Source of the DNA: a virus
IMG/VR virus record: IMGVR_UViG_3300042371_001161
Span: 1 to 64,000 of that record
Direction: 5' to 3' (one strand)
DNA: 64,000 nucleotides
Shown here: positions 50,802 to 59,700 of the stretch, one piece after another
Position numbering within the stretch: the first letter of the stretch is position 1
Layout of the letters: every line of letters starts with the position of its first letter
The notes under the pieces: generated by a model
The model's input: only the letters and a program-made list of their open reading frames with translations
The model's database searches: none
What the model was told of the DNA's origin: nothing
Made by a program: the position numbers and the translations under genes

Positions 50802-51593
50802 TTATTTCCAGGCTGGGCAAATTGACTTGAAGCCGCACCAATTGCAAAGAATTGACTTGTTTGGCTCAAAATGACCCTGAGCAATTCTCAGGTCGATGCC
50901 GGCTTTAACCTCAGCAATGACAGAAGCAACATTTGCAATGTCTTCTTCGGTTACTCGTTTTTCAAATCTGACGCCGTCTTTTAGATAAAGCAATTCAATC
51001 TCAAAGTTTTTTGCCTCTATTCCGGCACTTCCTAGAAGTTGAGTGTAAATTATTAATTGGAAATACTTATCATCAACATACTGTTTTTTGGGAGTTTTCC
51101 CGGTTTTGTAATCACAAACCTTGGCCGTATCTCCATCCACATGAAGGCGGTCTATGTATCCGTGGAGCTTCACTCCAGAGATTTCCCCCTCTACATGCTC
51201 TTCAATCGCCCATGGCTGAACCTCCATAGGTTGCTCTAGGGCCCAAACATTTTCAACACACCACCAAGCGGTCCACCTAAAAAGTTTGATTTCTTTTTCT
51301 GAACGAATAATGGTTTTTACCATTTCTTCCCATTTTGACTCCCACAGGTCGCGAGCAATCAATCTCGCAGTGTCTTGAGTTCTTTGCTCAGGAGGAAGGG
51401 CGTACATTGTTTCGAGAATCTCATGCACGAAATTTCCAAGCATTGTGGATTCAGTGGGAGAATCTTGCAAGCCATCAATTTTAGTGAACTTAAACTTTAA
51501 TGGACACTGACGGAATGTTCCAATTGAAGACGGTGAAAGCATGTTTGGGGCTTTCATGACAACCGACTGTTCACTTGTCATTTGGTGACTCAA
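50802..51593 (-). CDS. RecB-family PD-(D/E)XK exonuclease
   Basis: LSPSS...CP, GNFVHEILE, GYIDRL...DYKTGK, QL.IY, C-terminal CNWC...CP. Confidence 0.9.
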   Translation of the reverse strand: MSHQMTSEQSVVMKAPNMLSPSSIGTFRQCPLKFKFTKIDGLQDSPTESTMLGNFVHEILETMYALPPEQRTQDTARLIARDLWESKWEEMVKTIIRSEKEIKLFRWTAWWCVENVWALEQPMEVQPWAIEEHVEGEISGVKLHGYIDRLHVDGDTAKVCDYKTGKTPKKQYVDDKYFQLIIYTQLLGSAGIEAKNFEIELLYLKDGVRFEKRVTEEDIANVASVIAEVKAGIDLRIAQGHFEPNKSILCNWCGFKSICPAWK

Positions 51594-52269
51594 TAATTGT
51601 CGCTCCGAAAGATAAACGCATTGCTTCTACTATGAGAGCCTTAATTTCTTCTTCTGTCACTGTAGTGCGGGTCGGCTTTGGCTTTCCAGAAGAGTATTTC
51701 GCCCAAAAGTCATTTAGGGACTCTTTTTGCTCTTTGTCAAGAGTCTTTGTGACGCCTACAAAGTTGTTCCATTCTTCGTCCAATTCAGAAGATGGTTCAA
51801 TATTGGGGCTCGGCTCAACGTGAGGCATGGATGCGCCAATTGCGTCTTCGGCATCCATGGCATCGGAAGAGCGTGCTAGATAAAGTCCGACACCAAGTAG
51901 CTGTGCTGCTTTTTTAAGGGCATCCGAGACTGCTCCCTTGAAATCGTTGCCAAGGTCAACAGGCTTATTGTCTTTTCTCTGACGCTTTACTGACTGTCCA
52001 CCGAAGCCGTGCTTAGTTATCGTGCATCCATCAATCGTTGCCGTAAGGGAAACGTGCGCAATTATTTCGTCGGTATCGATTAAATCACGAGCAACAGAAA
52101 TGATTTCGAATGACCAGTTGCTCATTCCCAGCACCTTATTTAGGCGATTTATAACTTCACTAATTGGCAGATAAATTAACTCAACACCACTTTTTATGAG
52201 TGTTCGTTCCATTTCTTCTGGAAACGGCTCCGCCAAGAGACGGGCGATATCGTTGCTGTTCTGTGTCAT
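51571..52269 (-). CDS. Rad52/Rad22-family ssDNA annealing protein
   Basis: LIYLPISEVINRLN.VLG..NWSFE, GAVSDALKKAA..LGVGLYL. Confidence 0.88.
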   Translation of the reverse strand: MTQNSNDIARLLAEPFPEEMERTLIKSGVELIYLPISEVINRLNKVLGMSNWSFEIISVARDLIDTDEIIAHVSLTATIDGCTITKHGFGGQSVKRQRKDNKPVDLGNDFKGAVSDALKKAAQLLGVGLYLARSSDAMDAEDAIGASMPHVEPSPNIEPSSELDEEWNNFVGVTKTLDKEQKESLNDFWAKYSSGKPKPTRTTVTEEEIKALIVEAMRLSFGATIIESPNDK

Positions 52270-52280
52270 TTTTCCTCTAT

Positions 52281-52775
52281 TCAGTTTTTCGGTTTACGGA
52301 CAATAATGCTGGTTTTGAGCTCGCCGACTTCGCTAAAGCTATCGGCGTTAATCCCAATTTTGTTCAGTTCTTTAATTCGCCAATACGAAGGGGCGCAGTA
52401 TGTAAGCATTTCTTCTGCTATTTGTTTTGGAGATTTTGTAACTTCGCCAGTATCCATATCAACCGACATTTTTACGATACGGTCCGCAACGGCAGAACCC
52501 AGGTCTAGGTGCTTCCAGCCCTTTCGGTCATAGGAAGATTTCTTTTCAATGGTTGTGCCATCTGGAAGGAGGAGCGTGTCAGAAGCGCCCATAATGTCAG
52601 CAAAAAGATTTGCAAATTGTTCGTAGACAACAGACATGTCTCGTTTGAGGAAGTTTAACTCTGCAAGAACTTCTCCAGCTTCTTCTGCTGTTGGGTCCCC
52701 TGCAAGGAATGACGAAACATGTCCGTCAAGCTCTAAAATAGCCGAACGGAGTTCCTGGATTTTTTCTAAGCTCAT
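52281..52775 (-). CDS. Hypothetical protein
   Basis: 164 aa ORF in operon with recombination genes. Confidence 0.65.
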   Translation of the reverse strand: MSLEKIQELRSAILELDGHVSSFLAGDPTAEEAGEVLAELNFLKRDMSVVYEQFANLFADIMGASDTLLLPDGTTIEKKSSYDRKGWKHLDLGSAVADRIVKMSVDMDTGEVTKSPKQIAEEMLTYCAPSYWRIKELNKIGINADSFSEVGELKTSIIVRKPKN

Positions 52776-52812
52776 ATTGGTCCCTTTAGTATGTGTCTAA
52801 TTGCTTGCTAGT

Positions 52813-54126
52813 TTAGAGGAGTATAGAAGCTTTCCTGCGTCTAGGCAACCCCAAGCCGGTAAGAAAAGTAAAAGCCCCAACAGCGGAGTCTACTTGGTCG
52901 TCGTGATTAGCGGACTCGGGGAAAGATGAAAATTCATCAAGGAAATCTGTGAGCCATGGAGCCCTAACTAGGCGAACATTCCCGTTTGCAGCAGATGCAG
53001 CGAATGGACGCGCTCTCGTGACCTTGTCTCCGGTTGGCCTCATAGCTCCAAAATCGTACCCAGGAACCACATATCTGGCGTACTGGTCAACTAGCGCCTT
53101 GCCAGATGAACCAGGCTCCTGCTCCATCCTGACGGCCACTCCGTATCCGTCCTCTGCCGCCGTCTGGGCAATTAGTTGTTCTACTTTCTCGCCCCTTACT
53201 CGTGCTTTTTTGATGTCAAGAATGTACGAAACGCCACCGTCGAACATCATGAGGGTTCCGACTGTCCAGTCAGGGTCAGGGTATGACGCGGTGGGCTCGG
53301 ATGCTGCAAGGTCCCAGAATCTAACGACTCTGGCAGAATTGGTTATGACGGGGATTTCGCTGGGGTCAATAATTATGAAAGATTCGCGGTCAAAAAGGCT
53401 ACCGAGGGTCGTCGACCACCAGTCGCCTTCTTCTAGACGTCGCCGTTCAACGGGGTCTAGGGCAGACAGGGCCTGCCTATATGAATCTGCATCAATTCCT
53501 GGGTTGTCTTTAAGCGTGGATGGAACAAAGACCCGTCCAGTCTCTCTGCCCTCTACGATGAACCGCTGACGAACCCAATTCGGAGCAGGGTTGGATGCCG
53601 CCCTCATCCGAAGCGGAATCTGCGCCAAAGGACCACTTGCGGGACGACGCAGACGAGAGAAAAGGTATCTATAGTCGGATTCTCGGATTTCTGTAACTTC
53701 GTCCATCCCTATGAACTGAAACTCAGAACCTTTGTATCTCAGATAGTCGTTAACGTTATTTAGGTAGCCGAATGAAATGCGAGCCCCAGATGGGAAGGTG
53801 GCCACGAAACTATTGTTATTCCAGTGAACATCGTCATAGTTACTCATCCACGATTTAAAGCGGTCCATCAAGGCACCTGGCAGAGAGAGGTCGGCAAATG
53901 TTCTACGGAAGAGGATTGCTGAATAGCCAGGGACATCCACATACTGTAGGGCGGCCATCAAAAGGGCTGAGGACTTGCCTCCACCAGCCGCCCCACCAAA
54001 GAGACCTTCAAGGCAGTTTGTCCTCAAAAAAACTTTTTGATTCAAAGATGGCTCTTCTGGGCAAAAAGGAGGCAGCTTGGGGCTCAGATACTCTAGAACT
54101 TCTTCCCAGTTAGATTTTGATGCCAT
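52813..54126 (-). CDS. terL: Terminase large subunit
   Basis: GGAAGGGKS Walker A, FIGMDEVT Walker B, MRAASNP, RFWDLAAS, HDDQVDS nuclease motif. Confidence 0.95.
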   Translation of the reverse strand: MASKSNWEEVLEYLSPKLPPFCPEEPSLNQKVFLRTNCLEGLFGGAAGGGKSSALLMAALQYVDVPGYSAILFRRTFADLSLPGALMDRFKSWMSNYDDVHWNNNSFVATFPSGARISFGYLNNVNDYLRYKGSEFQFIGMDEVTEIRESDYRYLFSRLRRPASGPLAQIPLRMRAASNPAPNWVRQRFIVEGRETGRVFVPSTLKDNPGIDADSYRQALSALDPVERRRLEEGDWWSTTLGSLFDRESFIIIDPSEIPVITNSARVVRFWDLAASEPTASYPDPDWTVGTLMMFDGGVSYILDIKKARVRGEKVEQLIAQTAAEDGYGVAVRMEQEPGSSGKALVDQYARYVVPGYDFGAMRPTGDKVTRARPFAASAANGNVRLVRAPWLTDFLDEFSSFPESANHDDQVDSAVGAFTFLTGLGLPRRRKASILL

Positions 54127-54195
54127 AAGTTAACGTAACCAATCAAATAGCGCCCATGGTGCCCGAGGGCCAACTTCTGCGCTACTGTATCTTAC

Positions 54196-54462
54196 ATGCC
54201 ACCAGCATCAGAGAACATAAAAAAACAACGCAAAAAATCACCCGGAAGACTTAGGGTGGTATTATTATCTCCAGTTTTATTCCTCAAAAAAACAAAATCT
54301 TCACTAGCAGCCAAGGCGAACAGAGGAACTTTCGCAAATTTGTTAATGGTTTGCTTTATAATGTTCTGTAGTATTGGTACAGGTATGATATTCATGCCTG
54401 CCGGTTGGGTGGTTGCTGGTGTTTGTTGCGGACTTTTCGCTTTGTTATTGGGCCTCGGGTAG
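54196..54462 (+). CDS. Small membrane protein
   Basis: Basic N-terminus and two C-terminal hydrophobic helices; TACTGT 7 nt before ATG suggests a leaderless start. Confidence 0.6.
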   Translation: MPPASENIKKQRKKSPGRLRVVLLSPVLFLKKTKSSLAAKANRGTFANLLMVCFIMFCSIGTGMIFMPAGWVVAGVCCGLFALLLGLG

Positions 54463-54469
54463 GTAGCGC

Positions 54470-56581
54470 ATGCGTTGGAACCCGTCTCAAAATAAAAATA
54501 TAATCCCCCCGTCCCGCAAGGACCTGGGCTATGGAGCTCCGGTATCCATAAACCCGTCCCTAGCAGGGAAAGCGTATAAGGATGGATGGGACATTGAACG
54601 CGCCTATCGCGAGGGAATGTCCAAGATTACTTGGGTCAATAGATGTATTGATGCGATTGCTGGAAATCAGGCTCGCCTTCCAATTATTCTTAGGAAAGAC
54701 AACTCTAATCAGGGGGAAATAGTTCGCGGCCGCGAGGCCAACAGGTCTACCCTCTTAGAGCTCTTGAATAATAAGGCGAATGTAGGAGAAAACTCTTTTA
54801 TTTTCCGATACAGATTGTCGGCTCAGCTGATGCTCGGTACTCGAGGGGCATTCGTAGAGAAAATTAGAGGACGGGATGGGGGAATTATTGCCCTCAACCT
54901 TCTTCCACCTCAATCAACGGCACCAATACCGGACCCCAAAAAGTTCGTATCAGGGTACGAAGTACAAATGCCCTACGGAGAAAAGCAGTTCTTAAAGCCA
55001 GAAGATGTTTGCTGGATAAGGAGACCGCACCCTCTCGACCCTTATCTGTCCCTTACGCCACTGGAAGCGGCTGGGGTTGCCATTGAGATAGAAAACCTAG
55101 CCAAAATCTACAACCGCAACTACCTGCTTAATGATGGTCGTCCTGGCGGCATTTTGGTTGTTCGTGGAGAGATGGAAGAAGACGATAAGGAGGAGCTTAG
55201 AAATAGGTTCCGCGGCAATCTGGCAAGGGCTGGTCATACAACAGTTATTGCTGCCGATGACGGTGTTGATTTCGTCGATACTTCGGCCAATCCGCGCGAT
55301 GCGGCATATGTTCAGATGCGTCAAATAACAAAAGAAGAAATTCTGTCAGCATTTGGTGTTCCTGAATCCGTCATAGGAAACGCTTCTGGAAGAACATTCA
55401 GTAATGCCGGAGAAGAAATCCGTGTTTTTTGGATGGAAACAATGCTCCCCCATCTTGAGCCAATCGCCAGAGCTCTTGATGAACTCGATGACAAGTATTA
55501 TCTAGATTTTGACACGTCAGAAGTCCCAATTCTTATGCTCTACAAGCAGGAAAGAGACAGGTACCTGTTGCAGGAGTTCCAGACTGGCTTAATTAGTGCA
55601 AACGAGTATAGAATCGGTTCTTCTCGTAAAGAAGTTGAGGCAGACCTCGCAGACTCCTTGCTCCAGAACCCCAATCTCATTCCGATTGCTAACACCAAGA
55701 AGAAAATGGAAGAAGGCCAGACTGAAGTCCCAGGTATGCCAGGAATGCCTCCGGGAATGCCAGGAATGCCGCCGGGAATGCCGGGAATGCCTCCAGGTGT
55801 GCCAGGAATGCCCCCAGGACCAGTTCCGCCGGGCGGCGAACCTGTACCGCTGGACGTCAATACGATGGCTGGGGCACTTGCGGAGTCCGCAGCCAGTGGC
55901 CAGCTTGCGCAAACAACAACCCCACCAGAGGCCTTTGGAGGCGGCGTACAGGCTCCAATGCCCCCAGGACCTATGTCCGTGGCATCGTCGCCGGATAACG
56001 AGATACAGGTAAAGTCCACGGAAGAAAAACAAGAGACCAAAGACGCAATTGACCGCAATGAACAGGCGATAGAGCGATGGACGAACATTCTAGCTCGTGG
56101 CATGGAGAGAGTTATTGAGCGCCAGCAACGAGTAGTTCTTGAAAAGGCAAGCGGGACAAAATCAAGGAAAGCCCTAATGCACGGCACGCTTGATATTGAA
56201 TCCGTATTGTCAATAGATACGTGGAACAAGCAGTTCGATGAGGATATTCGTCCTGTTGTGTCATCAATTATTAATGATTCTTTTGAATCGAGAGTTAATG
56301 ACGCATCCACAAACGGTCTCAAAATCAAAGCCTTGCCAGCAAAAGATGTTCGAGCAATGGTTGATGCACATACATTGAGAATTAAGAAAATTAACGAGTC
56401 TCATTTCAATGAAATTAACTCTTTAATGCTCAAATCTTTCGTGTATGCGGATGAAGAAAAACGGTTTAGTTTCTTTCGCGATGGTCTCGTAGAAATGTTC
56501 ACGGATTTTTTTGCGCACCAACAAGAATTACTGGCAGAGCGCGAGACAAGGTCGGCATGGAGTTTCGGCCAGACAGTTTAA
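54470..56581 (+). CDS. Portal protein with PGM repeat linker and C-terminal extension
   Basis: WVNRCIDAIA, GTRGAF, RRPHPLDPY.SLTPLEAA, NDGRPGGIL, EILSAFGVP, ISANEYR. Confidence 0.92.
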   Translation: MRWNPSQNKNIIPPSRKDLGYGAPVSINPSLAGKAYKDGWDIERAYREGMSKITWVNRCIDAIAGNQARLPIILRKDNSNQGEIVRGREANRSTLLELLNNKANVGENSFIFRYRLSAQLMLGTRGAFVEKIRGRDGGIIALNLLPPQSTAPIPDPKKFVSGYEVQMPYGEKQFLKPEDVCWIRRPHPLDPYLSLTPLEAAGVAIEIENLAKIYNRNYLLNDGRPGGILVVRGEMEEDDKEELRNRFRGNLARAGHTTVIAADDGVDFVDTSANPRDAAYVQMRQITKEEILSAFGVPESVIGNASGRTFSNAGEEIRVFWMETMLPHLEPIARALDELDDKYYLDFDTSEVPILMLYKQERDRYLLQEFQTGLISANEYRIGSSRKEVEADLADSLLQNPNLIPIANTKKKMEEGQTEVPGMPGMPPGMPGMPPGMPGMPPGVPGMPPGPVPPGGEPVPLDVNTMAGALAESAASGQLAQTTTPPEAFGGGVQAPMPPGPMSVASSPDNEIQVKSTEEKQETKDAIDRNEQAIERWTNILARGMERVIERQQRVVLEKASGTKSRKALMHGTLDIESVLSIDTWNKQFDEDIRPVVSSIINDSFESRVNDASTNGLKIKALPAKDVRAMVDAHTLRIKKINESHFNEINSLMLKSFVYADEEKRFSFFRDGLVEMFTDFFAHQQELLAERETRSAWSFGQTV
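55732..55822 (+). repeat. Coding repeat PGMP/PGMPP within the portal
   Basis: ccaggaatgcc / ccgggaatgcc units. Confidence 0.8.
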
Positions 56582-56639
56582 AGAAATTACTATTTCAGTA
56601 AAATAAATAATATTTTCTTTAAACAAATAACTTTGGTGA

Positions 56640-56675
56640 TAGTTGCACCGGACAGACTTCTAAATCGCTTATTAT
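56640..56675 (+). promoter_or_regulatory. Putative promoter TAGTTGCA(C)-N21-TATTAT upstream of the protease polyprotein
   Basis: Same motif and spacing as 42665-42700. Confidence 0.55.
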
Positions 56676-56707
56676 TTTCAATAGACACGACGTGAAGGGT
56701 CTATCGA

Positions 56708-59700
56708 ATGCCATCAGAATTGTTTGAATATAAGTCGTCTACGCTCGGGCACTCCGACTCCATCAATTTGGATGAAGCGCAGGGAATTGTCGAATGCTTC
56801 GTGGCTGGCATCGGCAACAAGGACTCTGTGGGCGACATCGTTGCCACTGGAGCATTCACGAAGAGCCTCCAACGCCGTAAGCCGCGCGTTGTCTGGGGAC
56901 ACAGTTGGAATGACCCCATTGGCAAGGTTCTAGAGATTTACGAAGTTCCGAACACGGATAATCGCCTTCCTATGAAAATGAAGATGGCCGGAATTGGTGG
57001 CCTGTTCGCTCGAGTTCAGTTCAATCTCAATTCAGAAAAAGGTCGCGAAGCATTCGCCATGGTCGCCTTCTTTGGCGAAGAGCAGGAGTGGTCGATTGGT
57101 TACAAGACACTTCGAGCTCAGTTTGACCAGAAATCCCAAGCAAATATCATTTATGAACTTGAGTTATATGAGGTATCTCCGGTTCTGCATGGCGCAAACC
57201 AGCTAACTGGGACTATTTCCGTTAAGTCCGAAGAGTTGTCCGGTGGAATCTTGATGTCCATGATGAACGAAGAAAACCCAATTGACAAGGCAGAGATAGA
57301 AAAGCAGCTTGCTGCAATTTTGGGCGCAAAAGTATCTTTAATGGAAGTTAACGACGAAGAGATTACGTTTGCGCGAAGAATGGACAACGGAGAAGTTGGC
57401 CGCTACAAGTGTGGATTCAGCAATAATCGCGGACATTATATGTTCGGTGCGCCGCGCCCCATTGTTGTAATGCCCGTGCGTAAGCCCATTGCTCCTGTAA
57501 GCGCAATGCCAATGGCGATGCCAGGTATGCCCCCAAATGAGCCACAAAGAATTGTTCGGCCTTCTCAAATGCCATCAATCCCAGTTGCTATTAAGCCAGG
57601 CGAAAACGGCAACCAGATAGTTCCTTTGCCACCAGTGCAATACGAAAACGATAATGGAAGTCGATTTGACCCAAGTAATCTTGACCAAGAAGAAGCTGAC
57701 TTAAGAGATGCTCTTTTAAAAATCGTAAAGCGTCACGGAAAGTTTAACGAAGATTCCGAGGGAGTATGGGCAGCGTATACCCCTGCTGCACAAAATGAAG
57801 TTGCCGGAATCGGCGTCAAGTGCTCCAACTGCGTCTTTTATCAGGGTGGAAGCGCCTGCAAGATAATCGACATGGAAGTAGAACCTGAAGGTAAGTGTCG
57901 TTTTGCCGTCATCCCAAAGGGCGTTGTCAAGGGAGCCGGCTCAAAAGCATATGAACTCGACGAGGAATTCGCCGAAGAAGATTACGTCGCTGACCTCGAG
58001 GTGAAATACCCCGGGGAATTAGCAGTTGCAGGACTTCGTGGAGTGGTCGGCAAGCGGAGAAAGAAGCGTCGGAGCTTTAAGTTCTTGAGTGAATTTGGTT
58101 CCAAGAGTGAAGATTTTGAAGACAAGCCATACTTACTTCCAGTTGTACCTCAGTTCGCGTTCCAAGTAAAACAAGTTCTTGACCCAATCTTTGATTACCA
58201 TGGTGTTGATTCTTACGTCGACACAAGCGGTATCTTCATGACTTCTGGCGTTACTTACGAATTGATTGAGGCAGTCGACAACGCTGTCGCAAATTTAAAA
58301 AAAAAATCCTTAAGTGAAAACAACCTAGAGTGGAAAGCAGCCGGGTATCGCCTCGGCAGAGCTATCAGCAGTCGATTAATTGACCGCCCAAACATCGGCG
58401 GAGGTCGTTCTCGCGGTCGTTTCTTCACATCTGTGGGTGCGGAAGACTTTGACCCATTCACTGCACGCGACTCCAACCTTAACGGCATCGTAGGAGAGGG
58501 ACTGTTCCTGCGTGGAGTTCCGCTTGCCGTAAATGACCCAACACCAGATGGTCCTGGCTCTATTCGTAACCCCAAGCCATCCCCCAGGCAGGTTGCGAAG
58601 CCGAATGCTGCAGCAATTTCTCGAGCGGAAATTCAAGTAGAGAAAATAACAAAACCTAAAGAGCGCCAGAAACTTTCCTCTGGAAGCGAGCTTGTAAATC
58701 TTCCGCGAATAGACGACCCGGATGTTGATTCGGCAGAAAAATATGGCGCAGCAGAGTCGCAGCGTGACGAGCTTCAAGGCGTTTTGGATGGAGCATCAGA
58801 TTCTGACCAAATAAAGAAGTTAAAGAAGGCCATTGCGGAAATCGACAAATACATGGAACGTGTCGAGAAGATGGCCGAAGGCGAAATGGCTGATACTGAA
58901 AAGCCAAAGAAAAAGCCCGTAAAGAAGCAGGTAGAAAAGACCAGTCAGGGTCTTTCAAGCGGCTACGGCAAGTATCTAAATAAGCCCGAGGCGAAGCGGA
59001 CGCAAGACGAGCGCCGCAAATATGACGGCCCCCTGTCCTCGCTTTCATCAGGAAAGTTGGCAGACAAGGCAGAGCTTCCCGAAGGCTCCAGCCAGCTTGA
59101 AGAGTTATACAAGGAAATGGCAAAAGATATTGTCGCTATTTTGCAGGAACTCGCCAACAATCCAGACGCATCAAAAAGATGGGAATTGCCATGGCGTAAT
59201 GCCGAGAATTATGCGCGGAATCCAACTAGTGACCGCATCTACCAAGGCATGAATCAGATGATTTTGTCCCTTACGGGCTCAGCTCGCGGCTACAAAATGA
59301 ATCGATGGGCCGGAGAGGGACAGTGGAAAAAGTTAGGCGGCAAAGTAAAACCGGGAGGCAGAAACAGGGGAGTGCAGGTTCTCGTTCCTCGTGAAGGACG
59401 AAGCTTTACTGATTCAACTGGCAAGCAAGTTGAAATGGGTCGCTACTATTCTGTTCAAACGGTATACAACGTCGATGAAATTGCAGGACTCCCAGAAAGT
59501 TTCTACGAGCTTGGTGATGTAGAAATAAACCAAGAGCAACGGTTGCAGGATATAGAAAATGTCATTAAGGAAATAGGTCCTTCTTTTGTCGAATCTCTAG
59601 GCTCGCAGGCTTTTTATCGCCCCGCCACCGACAAAATTCATATGCCTGCATTTGAACAGTTCAAGGATGCTTTGGCTTTTTATGGAACTGCAATGCATGA

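Noticed and set aside
50762-50884. N-terminal extension of the 212-aa ORF in the track
   Set aside because: Overlaps the end of the RecB-like gene; a start at 50761 (or 50788) is more plausible
50802-51593. Cas4 call for the PD-(D/E)XK nuclease
   Set aside because: No cas1/cas2 or array nearby; the context beside a Rad52-like gene fits a phage RecB-type recombination exonuclease
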